Positions 9,720 to 19,804 of a DNA stretch of 64,000 nucleotides are shown one piece after another. Source of the stretch: Muribaculaceae bacterium. Its GTDB lineage: Bacteria; Bacteroidota; Bacteroidia; Bacteroidales; Muribaculaceae. The notes under the pieces were generated by a model that was not told where the DNA came from, did no database searches, and saw nothing but the letters and a program-made list of their open reading frames with translations. How positions within the stretch are numbered: position 1 is the stretch's first letter; every line of letters begins with the position of its first letter. Location: assembly GCA_017620885.1 (NCBI GenBank), contig JAGAUF010000103.1, positions 29,550 to 93,549 of the forward strand, given 5' to 3'. The translations under genes and the position numbers were made by a program.

Positions 9720-9913
9720 ATATCCAAAAATATTTAATAATGAAAAATATGTTTTACAGCAGGTTTTCTATATTTTTGTGGTGAAGGTATGTTATATTTG
9801 AATAATAATTATTATTTTTGCTATTCCCAAAATTTCGTACGTCGGTCTGAGTTGTCACCTGCCGTCGTATAAGGTAGTGGGTAATAGCTACTTACCTTAA
9901 AAATTATTTGATT

Positions 9914-10798
9914 ATGGAAATGGACAGATATCGCAAGACACTTGCTGAGACCAACGTTACCGACAGTGATGCAGTGGTGGCATCCGAATTGGCCAAGATT
10001 CTTGAAAAAGCACCTGAGAATATGACAAAAGAGGTGTTCTCGTTCTGCTTCTCGTCGATCGACCTGACGACGCTGAGCACCGAGGACAGCGTGAAATCTG
10101 TAGCTGCCTTCACGCAGCGCGTCAATGATTTCGACAATGAATATCCTCAATATCCGAATGTCGCCGCCATTTGCGTTTACAGTAATTTCGTAGAAGTAGT
10201 GGGTTCGCATCTCGACGTTCCGTCGGTCGACGTAGCTTGCGTGGCCGGTTGTTTCCCGTCGAGCCAGACGTTTACGGCTGTCAAGATAGCCGACTGCGCT
10301 CTTGCAGCCGAAGCCGGAGCTGACGACGTCGACATCGTATTCAATATCGGAATGTATCGTGACGGTGACTATGAAGGAGTTACCGACGAGCTCATTGAGC
10401 AGAAACACGCCGTAAAGCACGCGAAACTGAAAGTAATTCTTGAGACCGGCGCACTTAAGACGGCGAAAGATATCCGCGACGCTTCGATTCTCTCGCTTTA
10501 TAGCGATTGCGATTTTCTGAAGACATCGACCGGCAAGATTTATCCGGGAGCTTCCTTGGAGGCCGCATACGTGATGTGCCAGTGCATCAAGGAATATTAT
10601 CAGAAGACCGGTAGAAAGGTTGGATTCAAGGCTGCAGGAGGTATCCGCACTGCTCAGGATGCAGTGAACTATTACACGGTAGTTAAGGAGATTCTCGGCG
10701 AAGAGTGGCTCTGTCACGATCTCTTCCGCCTCGGCGCCAGCAGTCTGGCCAATGCCCTTCTCTCTGCTATGGAGGGACAGGAAGTGAAATTCTTCTGA
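9914..10798 (+). CDS. deoC: deoxyribose-phosphate aldolase
   Basis: IDLTTL, GADDVDIV, LKVILETG, Schiff-base DFLKTSTGK, GFKAAGGIRT, FRLGASSL. Confidence 0.95.
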   Translation: MEMDRYRKTLAETNVTDSDAVVASELAKILEKAPENMTKEVFSFCFSSIDLTTLSTEDSVKSVAAFTQRVNDFDNEYPQYPNVAAICVYSNFVEVVGSHLDVPSVDVACVAGCFPSSQTFTAVKIADCALAAEAGADDVDIVFNIGMYRDGDYEGVTDELIEQKHAVKHAKLKVILETGALKTAKDIRDASILSLYSDCDFLKTSTGKIYPGASLEAAYVMCQCIKEYYQKTGRKVGFKAAGGIRTAQDAVNYYTVVKEILGEEWLCHDLFRLGASSLANALLSAMEGQEVKFF

Positions 10799-10890
10799 GA
10801 AGAGGAGTGGGTACGAAAATTCTTTTGACACAACAATCATCTGTTTTAGGATGCATAATCTGACAATTAGATGAATAATTTAACAATATC

Positions 10891-11958
10891 ATGAAGAAAC
10901 TTTTAGGATTTGCGCTTGCTGCTTTGGCTGTCGGTGCTCTTTGTTTCTCAACTGTCCGGGTAAGTGCGGACAGCCGTGAAAGCGGAAAGAAGTATCAGAC
11001 CTTCGGAGTGATGTTTTATAACCTCGAAAATCTTTTCGATACCATCAACAACAACGGGAAGTATGACAAAGAGTTTTCGCCCGGCGGACGCAATAAATGG
11101 GACGGTAACAAATACAAGAACAAAATAGCCAAACTTTCCTATTCAATCTCGCAGATGACATCGCCCACGACCCCTATCGGGCCGGCTGTTATCGGCGTTA
11201 GCGAGATTGAAAATAAATCAGTGCTTGAAGACCTCGTGAAAGCGCCGGCCATCAAGGACTGGAATCTGCAGATAGTTCACCATGACTCCCCCGATCGTCG
11301 TGGAGTTGATGTCGGGCTGCTGTATAATCCGAAACTGTTTAAGAAACTGAGCGTGACGAATCATCGTCTGATTATCCCGGGCTATGAAAATTTCCTGACG
11401 CGCGACCAAATGTGCGTAGTCGGCCTGATGGGTGGCTCGCGCATTGCCATCATTGTAAATCACTGGCCGTCGCGCCGTGGAGGTGAGGCGCAGAGCTCTT
11501 ACCTGCGTGAGGCTGCGGCAAATCTGTCGAAGCATATCGCCGACTCACTTCTCAATCTCGACCCGAATATCGGTATCGTTATCATGGGTGACCTTAATGA
11601 CGATCCCTCAAATAAATCGTGTGCCGAGACTCTCGGAGCAAAGAAGAATGAGAAAGATGTGCAGCCGGGAGGATTTTTCAATCCGTTCTGGCAGAAGCTC
11701 GATCAGGGTATCGGATCCTACATCTATCGTGGTGGTTGGGACCTGTTCGATCAGATTATTGTGAATTATAATCTTCTTCCGCAGGGACCGAGCAACCTTG
11801 AATTCTATAAGGCCGAGGTGCTCAATAAGTCGTTCCTCCTTCAGCAGGACGGCCAATATAAGGGGTATCCGCTACGCACCTTCTCCGGAGGAGCGTGGAT
11901 GAACGGATACAGCGACCACCTTCCGACGGAAATCTTCCTTCGCAAGGAGGTGAAATAA
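10891..11958 (+). CDS. secreted endonuclease/exonuclease/phosphatase (EEP, DNase I-like) family protein
   Basis: Signal peptide; FYNLENLFD, GVSEIEN, VNHWPSR, MGDLND, FDQI and SDHLP catalytic motifs. Confidence 0.9.
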   Translation: MKKLLGFALAALAVGALCFSTVRVSADSRESGKKYQTFGVMFYNLENLFDTINNNGKYDKEFSPGGRNKWDGNKYKNKIAKLSYSISQMTSPTTPIGPAVIGVSEIENKSVLEDLVKAPAIKDWNLQIVHHDSPDRRGVDVGLLYNPKLFKKLSVTNHRLIIPGYENFLTRDQMCVVGLMGGSRIAIIVNHWPSRRGGEAQSSYLREAAANLSKHIADSLLNLDPNIGIVIMGDLNDDPSNKSCAETLGAKKNEKDVQPGGFFNPFWQKLDQGIGSYIYRGGWDLFDQIIVNYNLLPQGPSNLEFYKAEVLNKSFLLQQDGQYKGYPLRTFSGGAWMNGYSDHLPTEIFLRKEVK

Positions 11959-12068
11959 GCCTGTAAGATAAAAAAGATTGAAGTCGGACGGGAACAGTCT
12001 TGACGCCGGCAATTGCGAATTGAGATTTCGCAATGCCGTAATAAGAAAAATAAAAAAAGATATAAATT

Positions 12069-14930
12069 ATGCGAGTTAAACTTTTAGCAATCCTAATGCT
12101 TGCCCTTGCCTTCCCGATGATGGCTCAGACGGGAGTTAAGGGAACGCTGGTGGATTCCCGGACAGGTAAAGGTGTCGAGGGAGCCAACGTTCTTCTGAGC
12201 GGCCAAGGGCTTTACGTGATGAGTGGCGCCGACGGCGTCTTCACCATCTCAAATGCTAAGGCCGGCACAGATGTGCTCGAAATTCTGGCCGAAGGATATG
12301 CCGACAAGTATATCGATGTCGATATTAAAGAGGGCATCGTACGCGACCTCGGCAAGATTCAGCTTGAGCTGTCCGGTATCAATGCCAGCAATCTCAATAC
12401 TGACGACTTTGTTTTCGACGAGGCAGTAGTGCTTGAGGATGAGGGAGCCGATCAGAGTGTCGGCACAATACAAGGTGCCAGAGATGATGTATATTATCAG
12501 ACGGCCAATTACAATTTCTCCGTTATGCGTTTCCGCATCCGCGGTTATGAACCGTCGTGGAATGCCGGCTATATCAATGGCTTCAAGTTTAACGACGCGA
12601 TGCGTGGCCGTTTCAATTATTCCGGCCTCGGCGGTATGACGTCGTCAGCTTTCCGTAACAAAACGGTTGATCCGGGCGTCTCTGCGGCCTCATACGGATT
12701 CGGCAGTCTCGGCGGAGCTACTAATTTCACTACTTACGCATCGGAGTATGCTCCCGGCTTCCGTGGCAACATCTCCTACACCAATTCCAACTATATGCTG
12801 CGCGCCATGCTGCAGTATAACACAGGGCTGCTCAAGAATGGATGGGCCGTGTCGATGTCGATCATCGGCCGCTACGCTCCGCAGGGCGTCATCGAAGGTA
12901 CGTTCTACAATTCTATCGGCTACGCTCTTTCAGTTCAGAAAATATTCAATGAGCATCACTCACTGAATCTCTCCACATGGGGCGCTCCGACACAACGCGC
13001 CACTAACAGCGCCGCCACGCAGGAGGCTTACGATCTCGCAGGCAGCAATCTCTATAACCCCGGATGGGGTTATCTCGACGGGAAGAAGAAATCGGCTCGC
13101 GTAGTTGATACTTTCTCCCCTTCGGCTCTTCTCAACTGGGTATGGAAACCCAAGATGGGAACGACTGTCAATACCGGTATCGGCTTCCAGATGAACCGTT
13201 ATGCTAATTCGGCTCTCAACTGGTATCAGGCAGCCGACCCGCGTCCGGACTACTATCGCTATCTCCCCTCGTATTATAATCCCAACAACGAGTGGGGACA
13301 GTATTATGTAGCTCCCGAAGACCGTCAGATGATGAACGAATTCGGCGAGATGGTCAATACTCCCGTCTATGACGCTTATCTCAACAACTGGGAGATGTAT
13401 CAGGATTTGTGGCGCAATGACAAGTCTCTGCGTCAGATCAACTGGGATGCTCTCTATCAGACCAACCTGCAGAACCGCACTTCCTTCGACCGCGACCCCT
13501 CGCTTGTAGGCCATTCAACTTATATCCTTGAAAAACGCCACAGCAATTTCATGTCGTGGATGTTTAATTCATTCATCGACCACCGTCTTTCCGACTATAT
13601 GACGTTGCAGGGTGGTATCAGTTTCAATTATACGAACGGCAACTGGTATAAGACCATCAAGAATCTTCTCGGCGGCGAATACTGGCGTGACGTGGACAAC
13701 TTCTCTGAGCGAGATTTCCCCGGCAACACCGACATTCTGCAGAATGACCTCAATCACCCCAACCGCAAGGTATATGAGGGCGACCGTTTCGGCTACGACT
13801 ATAATATCCTCTCATACGTTGCCAACGCATGGATTCAGAATCAGATCAACACGACGCATTGGAATGTGAACTACGGTATCGACATCAGCTATACGTCGTT
13901 CTTCCGCGACGGTAAGATGCGCAACGGTCGTGCTCCTGAAAATTCATACGGTCCCGGCACACGTCATAACTTCGACAACGCCTCGATCAAGGCCGGTGCG
14001 ACCTACAAGCTTAACGGCCGTAATTACTTCGTGATTCACGGAGCTTTCGGAACGCGCGCGCCGCTTCCTGACAACTCTTACATCTCGCCGCGTACGAAAG
14101 ACACTTCGATGACGGGACTCAAGAGCGAACGTTTCCTCTCGGGCGACATCTCATACGTATGGAATTATTCACGTTTCCGCGGTTCAATCACCGGCTTCTA
14201 CACTCATATCTGGGATGCTACGAAGCGTTGCCCCGGTTTCTATGATTATCAGCTCAACACCTTCATGAATTATTCCATGTCGGGTGTAGAGACGGAATAC
14301 AAAGGCGTAGAGCTTGGTCTTGCCTACAAGATTATTCCTTCGCTGACTCTTTCAGCTGCCGGAACATTCTCACGTTACCAGTACAAGAACAATCCTCTTG
14401 GAGTCCGCTCCTACGAGAACGGTGCCATGGACGACGTAACCCGCCGCGTCTATCTGAAGAATTATTATCTCGGAGGCACGCCGCAGCAGGCTTACAGCAT
14501 CGGCCTTGACTGGGCAGCACCTCATCAGTGGTTTATCGGACTGAACGCCAACTGGTTTGGCGACAACTACATCGACCTTGCTCCTTCACGTCACGAGGAG
14601 ATGCCCGAGCTTTATACGGTAGTTACTCCGGCACCGGGTCAGACGATGGAACAGGCGATTGGCGAAAAGATCGAAGAGATTACGCATCAGGACAAGCTGA
14701 AAAATGCATTTGTTTTGAATTTCTCAATCGGCAAAGTGGTTTATACGAATTTCGGTTCGCTCAACTTTAATGTAAGCGTGAACAATCTTCTCAACAACCG
14801 CAACATTCAGACCGGCGGCTATCAGGAAGGTAAATTCGACTACACGAACTACAGCGTGAACAAATTCCCCAATAAGTATTATTATGCACAGGGAATCCGC
14901 GTATTCGTCAATATCGGTATCCGCTTCTGA
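12069..14930 (+). CDS. TonB-dependent outer-membrane transporter with N-terminal carboxypeptidase-regulatory-like domain
   Basis: 953 aa; signal peptide; GTLVDS...GVEGANV N-terminal domain; plug-like FRIRGY; alternating beta-strand pattern; ends VNIGIRF. Confidence 0.85.
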   Translation: MRVKLLAILMLALAFPMMAQTGVKGTLVDSRTGKGVEGANVLLSGQGLYVMSGADGVFTISNAKAGTDVLEILAEGYADKYIDVDIKEGIVRDLGKIQLELSGINASNLNTDDFVFDEAVVLEDEGADQSVGTIQGARDDVYYQTANYNFSVMRFRIRGYEPSWNAGYINGFKFNDAMRGRFNYSGLGGMTSSAFRNKTVDPGVSAASYGFGSLGGATNFTTYASEYAPGFRGNISYTNSNYMLRAMLQYNTGLLKNGWAVSMSIIGRYAPQGVIEGTFYNSIGYALSVQKIFNEHHSLNLSTWGAPTQRATNSAATQEAYDLAGSNLYNPGWGYLDGKKKSARVVDTFSPSALLNWVWKPKMGTTVNTGIGFQMNRYANSALNWYQAADPRPDYYRYLPSYYNPNNEWGQYYVAPEDRQMMNEFGEMVNTPVYDAYLNNWEMYQDLWRNDKSLRQINWDALYQTNLQNRTSFDRDPSLVGHSTYILEKRHSNFMSWMFNSFIDHRLSDYMTLQGGISFNYTNGNWYKTIKNLLGGEYWRDVDNFSERDFPGNTDILQNDLNHPNRKVYEGDRFGYDYNILSYVANAWIQNQINTTHWNVNYGIDISYTSFFRDGKMRNGRAPENSYGPGTRHNFDNASIKAGATYKLNGRNYFVIHGAFGTRAPLPDNSYISPRTKDTSMTGLKSERFLSGDISYVWNYSRFRGSITGFYTHIWDATKRCPGFYDYQLNTFMNYSMSGVETEYKGVELGLAYKIIPSLTLSAAGTFSRYQYKNNPLGVRSYENGAMDDVTRRVYLKNYYLGGTPQQAYSIGLDWAAPHQWFIGLNANWFGDNYIDLAPSRHEEMPELYTVVTPAPGQTMEQAIGEKIEEITHQDKLKNAFVLNFSIGKVVYTNFGSLNFNVSVNNLLNNRNIQTGGYQEGKFDYTNYSVNKFPNKYYYAQGIRVFVNIGIRF

Positions 14931-14971
14931 GGCTGAACGAAAAGGTTAAACAAAACAGAAAGGAAAAAGCA

Positions 14972-15973
14972 ATGAAAAAAATCGCATCATATCTTACGTT
15001 GTTCCTGATGGCCGTGCTTTTCGCATCGTGCAGCGACGACTTCGCGCAGCCGCCGATTTCGCTTCCGGAGGGAGGTCTCGGCACAGGCACATGGAACGAT
15101 CCCTACCGTACGTCGCAGCTGACCAACGGTGGACGTGGCAACAATATATGGATCACGGGCTATATCGTCGGGTGGATAAACACCGCGGGCGACAATTTCA
15201 AGATGGACGAGAATACGTGTACGTTTAACGCAAACGCTACGCTATCCTCCAATATCCTGATGGCAGTGAATCCTGACGAGACGAATTGGGAGAATTGCGT
15301 GCCAGTAGCTCTTTCAGGCGACGCGCGCGACGCACTGAATCTCCAGAACAATCCCGACAACCTCGGCAAGCAGGTAACGATCAAAGCCAATAATGAGCGT
15401 TATTTCGCCAATAACGGCGGCATCAAGAATATCACAGCCTTCAAATGGGGCGACACGGGTATAGAAGAGGAAGAACCCGTAACGCCCGAAGGTGAGATTT
15501 TCAATGCTACGTTTGACGGTGGCAATACCGACGGCTTCACCTTCATTCATGGCACGTTGCCCGAAGGTCTGTCGTTCGTATGGAAAGCCGACAACCGTTA
15601 CGGTCTTGTAGCGACTGGATATTACAACAGCACGCGCTATGAAACCAATGCGTGGGCAGCATCTCCGCTTCTTGACCTTACGGATTATAAGAGCATCACG
15701 CTGAATTTCCGTTGGGCAGGTAATTATTTCGGTTCACAGGACGCAATGCTTAGCACGGTAGATTTCGCCGTACGCGAGCCGGGTGGAGAATGGACCATAA
15801 TCGCCGTTCCCAACGCGCCGTCAGGTACGGATTTCACCTACGTGGACAGCGGCAATGTGGATCTCTCAGCATTTGCAGGCAAGAAGATTCAGCTTGGCTT
15901 CAACTATCGCTCCACGCCGAGTCTGTGCGGAACACTTGAAATAGACAATATCAGCGTGACAGGCGAAAAATAA
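14972..15973 (+). CDS. surface lipoprotein with DUF6359-like OB-fold and C-terminal adhesin/MAM-like beta-sandwich
   Basis: Lipobox LFAS-C followed by acidic SDD; WITGYIVG...NILMA...VPVAL...LNLQNNP...GKQV motif; WAASPLLDL...SGNVDLSAFAGKKIQLGF domain. Confidence 0.7.
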   Translation: MKKIASYLTLFLMAVLFASCSDDFAQPPISLPEGGLGTGTWNDPYRTSQLTNGGRGNNIWITGYIVGWINTAGDNFKMDENTCTFNANATLSSNILMAVNPDETNWENCVPVALSGDARDALNLQNNPDNLGKQVTIKANNERYFANNGGIKNITAFKWGDTGIEEEEPVTPEGEIFNATFDGGNTDGFTFIHGTLPEGLSFVWKADNRYGLVATGYYNSTRYETNAWAASPLLDLTDYKSITLNFRWAGNYFGSQDAMLSTVDFAVREPGGEWTIIAVPNAPSGTDFTYVDSGNVDLSAFAGKKIQLGFNYRSTPSLCGTLEIDNISVTGEK

Positions 15974-16001
15974 AGTCGTTTTACTTTAAAAAGAAAAGAA
16001 A

Positions 16002-17783
16002 ATGAAACTCACCAAAAAGATATATTTCGGCTTAGGGCTGATGCTTGCGGGGATTCTCAGCGGCTGTCAGGCCGATATGGATACTCCGGATCTTGAGATT
16101 CCGAAGGCAACAATTGAGGCCAACACCACGATAGCCGAATTGAAGGAGATGGCGGCAAAGGCGAGCACGGACGAGAATTTCGCACTTCTGATGCTCGATA
16201 AGGAAAAAGGCTACGTCAATGCCAGCAATCTCAACAAGAACGATGAAAATATGCTCGACAATCTGCGTGCCGGCATCAATCCGGATCCTGCGACCCATTA
16301 TGTGATCAAGGGACGCATCATCTCGTCGGACGCATCGGGTAATATTTATCAGGCACTGTATATTCAGGACGGCACGGATGCCATCACGCTTTCAGTGCGT
16401 AAACAGAGCACATATAACGAATACCGTATCGGTCAGGAGATCGTCTTCGACGTCACGGGTCTTTTCCTCGGCAAGTATGCCGGACTGATCCAAATCGGAG
16501 GTGTGGATGTCTATAACGGCTCGTATCAGGTATCGTTTATGACGGGCGAGGACTTTATGCTCCATTCGCAGAAGAACGGTCTGCCCGACCAGACAGTTAC
16601 CTACATTAATTTTGGCGAGCAGCGTCCTTCCGAGGGTCTTTATTGCACCGTGATGAAGCCTTCGCAGCTTCCTACTACGACCGACGGCATAATCAATATG
16701 ACGTCGCAGCTTGTAGAATTCCGCAATGTGACTTTCACCGACGGCGGCGTGCTTCCCTTCTCTGAATATCAGAGCAGCGGCGTAAACCGTACTCTTACCG
16801 ACGGAACATCTTCGATTATTGTGCGCACGTCAGGCTACGCTACGTTCTATAATCGTATTCTTCCTGAAGGAACGGGTACCGTTCGCGGTCTTCTTTCCTA
16901 CTTCAACGGCACGTGGCAGCTTCTTATCCGTACTTATGCCGACGTGATGTTTGACTCGAAGGGCAACCGTGAGGATCCTTATACTTGTGAGGAGGCTATC
17001 GGTCTGCAGAACGACAGTCATACGGGCTGGGTGCGTGGCTTCATCGTGGGCAGCGTGAAGACAGGTGTATCGGAGGTTACCGACAATGATCAGATAATCT
17101 GGGGCGCAGATGCCGAGCGTGACAATAATGTTGTAATCGGCCCGACGGCAAACACGAAGAATTATAAGGAATGTCTGATTGTTACCCTTCCGCAGGGAAG
17201 CGCATTGCGTCAGAACGTCAATCTGCTTGACAATCCGGGCGTTTACGGCAAGGAATTGAGCGTAAGCGGACTCTTTGAGACCGTCAGCGGTATGGCAGGC
17301 GTATCTCCCGTTTCGGGCGCGTCCGACGAGTTTGAACTTGGTGCCGGCGGTGGCGACACTCCGGTAGTTCCGGGCGAGATGGGCTCCGGTACGGAGGAAG
17401 ATCCCTACACGATTTACTATATCAAGCAGACGGCAGCCACCGATACTCAGGCCGACATCTGGGTAGAGGGATGGATCGTAGGTTACATCAACGGCGGTTC
17501 CATCGATACGGGCGCACAATGGAGCGCAACGATGGTCAGCGACGACACAAGCGGTGACGGTTATAACAATAATAACCTGATACTCGGCGCGACGAAAGAT
17601 GCGAAATCGTTTGACAATGCAATTCCTGTCAAGCTTCGCGCAGGAAGTGCTGTGCGCACGGCGCTTGGCCTTCGAGCCAATCCGGGCGCTTACCTGATGC
17701 ACGTCAAGCTGAAAGGCAACATCAACAAGGGCTTCGGAGTCCGAGTTGTTGATCAGGTGACGGAATATAAGACGGTAGACTGA
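16002..17783 (+). CDS. surface lipoprotein, DUF5689-like plus two DUF6359-like OB-fold domains
   Basis: Lipobox LSG-C-QAD; IKGRIISSDASGNIYQALYIQDGT and VRTSGYATF motifs; two repeats WVRGFIVG / WVEGWIVG. Confidence 0.72.
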   Translation: MKLTKKIYFGLGLMLAGILSGCQADMDTPDLEIPKATIEANTTIAELKEMAAKASTDENFALLMLDKEKGYVNASNLNKNDENMLDNLRAGINPDPATHYVIKGRIISSDASGNIYQALYIQDGTDAITLSVRKQSTYNEYRIGQEIVFDVTGLFLGKYAGLIQIGGVDVYNGSYQVSFMTGEDFMLHSQKNGLPDQTVTYINFGEQRPSEGLYCTVMKPSQLPTTTDGIINMTSQLVEFRNVTFTDGGVLPFSEYQSSGVNRTLTDGTSSIIVRTSGYATFYNRILPEGTGTVRGLLSYFNGTWQLLIRTYADVMFDSKGNREDPYTCEEAIGLQNDSHTGWVRGFIVGSVKTGVSEVTDNDQIIWGADAERDNNVVIGPTANTKNYKECLIVTLPQGSALRQNVNLLDNPGVYGKELSVSGLFETVSGMAGVSPVSGASDEFELGAGGGDTPVVPGEMGSGTEEDPYTIYYIKQTAATDTQADIWVEGWIVGYINGGSIDTGAQWSATMVSDDTSGDGYNNNNLILGATKDAKSFDNAIPVKLRAGSAVRTALGLRANPGAYLMHVKLKGNINKGFGVRVVDQVTEYKTVD

Positions 17784-17849
17784 CGGTAGGACAGACCGTA
17801 GACCGGTCATCTACAACTTATATCCGCTCCGGATAGGTTAAGTAATCCG

Positions 17850-17885
17850 GGGGTGTTGTCGGAACGGCAGTTTTGACAACACCCC
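17850..17885 (+). terminator. strong hairpin after the lipoprotein genes
   Basis: GGGGTGTTGTC...GACAACACCCC; weak T tract. Confidence 0.55.
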
Positions 17886-18062
17886 TGTTCCGACTCAAAC
17901 CGGTTTCGCCCATCGGCTGTTTATGCGCGGGCGAAAAGAGTATGGGAAATTAGGAATTTTTAGCGCATTTGACGACAACTGCTTATCGTCTTCTGTGTTA
18001 TAAGAGTAAAAAGGTCCCTCCAAGAGGGATAGGAAAATTGTGTGAAAACAATATTTATGGGT

Positions 18063-19772
18063 ATGAAAAAAATTTATTTGTTTTTAATTCTATTGCTTGG
18101 GGCGACGAGTGTCGGAGCAACCTACAAGGCCGGCTATTATGATAAGATGGACGGCAAGCAGAAGGAAGCACTCAAGGCCGCGGCGAAGGAGTGTGTGCAG
18201 AATCACACTCGATTGAACTATACGGATCTTCCGACGTATTGGCAGTATACGGATGTGTATCCTGATCTGGTGAACGGATCACGTCGTTGGTGGGATATGT
18301 ATTCCGACAATGTGTATCTGATATACAGCAATCAGTCGGCACGACAGAGTTTCAGCGCCAATAAGATGCAGCGTGAGCACTCTGTACCGAAATCGTGGTG
18401 GAAGAAAGACGGCGACGTAGAGTATACTCCGGCCTACAGTGATATGTGGAATCTATATCCGTCGGACGGTCCGGCCAATCAAGCGAAGCTGAATTATGCG
18501 TTTGGTGAGACGGACTCTCCGAAGTTTAATAACGGCGTGACGAAGGTAGGGCCTGCGCGTACGGGTCTTGGCGGCGGTTCGGGAAATGTGTTCGAGCCGG
18601 CCGATGAGTATAAGGGAGACTTTGCGCGTACAATTTTTTATATGGCGACAGTTTATGACGATCTTGATTGGGTTATTCCCTATATGTTCCGCAAGCAGTC
18701 GTGGCCGACGCTGCAGCAGTGGGCTGTGGATATGCTTCTGCAATGGTCGCGTACGGATCCGGTGGATCAGAAAGAGATTGACCGTAACGACGGTGTGGAA
18801 AGTCAGCAGGGCAACCGCAATCCCTTCATTGATTTTCCTGAATTGGCCGAATATGTATGGGGCACGCGCACTACGGAGACGTTCTATATCAAAGATCAAG
18901 GGGGAACAGTCACACCGCCTATTGTAGGTGAGGCTGAGCTGATACGTCCTGAGAACGGGATGGCACTTGACTTTGGTGAGACGGCTGTCAGCCAAGTGTC
19001 GATGCGTCCTCTTGAGATAGTGGCGCGCAATCTGACGAGTCCGCTGTCATTGCGCATCACCGGAGCTGACCGCTCAAATTTCCGTATAGAAGTCACGTCG
19101 ATTTCCGCGGCTGATCTGAATACAGCGGATGTTTATAAGCTGAACGTCTATTATGCGCCTAAGAGCGAGGGGGTACATACGGCTACGCTATCGCTATATG
19201 ACGGCGGTCTGAGTCTCGGCAAGGATGTGGCCGTTACGCTTCAGGGTCAGGCATTCCCGATCCCGACGCTTACGGCAGTTACGGCGCTTGATGCCACAAA
19301 TGTCAGCGATACGCAATATACGGCCAACTGGACTGAGGCTGCGGAAGTAGTGGATTATTATGTTGTAACCCGCGTACGTTATACAGAAGATGGTCCGCAG
19401 GCATCTGAGCTTGTGGCGGACAGCAACAGCTTATTAATCGAGGATCGCGATGCCGACGTCACGGAGAGCTATACGGTTCGTTCGTCGCGTCTCGGCTTCC
19501 TCTCTCCGGCATCTAACGCCATTACGGTTGCAAAGAGCAATTCCGTTGTGGGAATCGAGAACACGCAGCCGTTGGCTCTCGGACATGTAGAAGGTGGATT
19601 TGTGGTTCTGATTGACAATCCTCAGACAGATATGCGCATTTTCGATGTTTCAGGGCGTCTTGTAGCTGAGTATGCGTTTGTTAGTGGTGGCGATATGATT
19701 GAGTTGCCAACGGGAATCTATGTCGTTGTGACGAAAGAGAATCAGAAGCCGATTAAGACCGTAGTGTATTGA
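18063..19772 (+). CDS. endonuclease I (EndA/Vvn-like) family nuclease with Ig-like and Fn3-like domains and T9SS C-terminal domain
   Basis: Signal peptide; REHSVPKSWW, NLYPSD..ANQAKLNY, KGDFAR, QGNRNPFIDFPEL; C-terminal RIFDVSGRLV...LPTGIYVV...KTVVY. Confidence 0.85.
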   Translation: MKKIYLFLILLLGATSVGATYKAGYYDKMDGKQKEALKAAAKECVQNHTRLNYTDLPTYWQYTDVYPDLVNGSRRWWDMYSDNVYLIYSNQSARQSFSANKMQREHSVPKSWWKKDGDVEYTPAYSDMWNLYPSDGPANQAKLNYAFGETDSPKFNNGVTKVGPARTGLGGGSGNVFEPADEYKGDFARTIFYMATVYDDLDWVIPYMFRKQSWPTLQQWAVDMLLQWSRTDPVDQKEIDRNDGVESQQGNRNPFIDFPELAEYVWGTRTTETFYIKDQGGTVTPPIVGEAELIRPENGMALDFGETAVSQVSMRPLEIVARNLTSPLSLRITGADRSNFRIEVTSISAADLNTADVYKLNVYYAPKSEGVHTATLSLYDGGLSLGKDVAVTLQGQAFPIPTLTAVTALDATNVSDTQYTANWTEAAEVVDYYVVTRVRYTEDGPQASELVADSNSLLIEDRDADVTESYTVRSSRLGFLSPASNAITVAKSNSVVGIENTQPLALGHVEGGFVVLIDNPQTDMRIFDVSGRLVAEYAFVSGGDMIELPTGIYVVVTKENQKPIKTVVY

Positions 19773-19804
19773 ACTGAGTAAAAAACGATTAAAACTGTAT
19801 ATTA

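Noticed and set aside
9716-9830. AT-rich gap as a possible oriC
   Set aside because: Only degenerate DnaA-box-like matches and no box cluster; better explained as the deoC promoter region.
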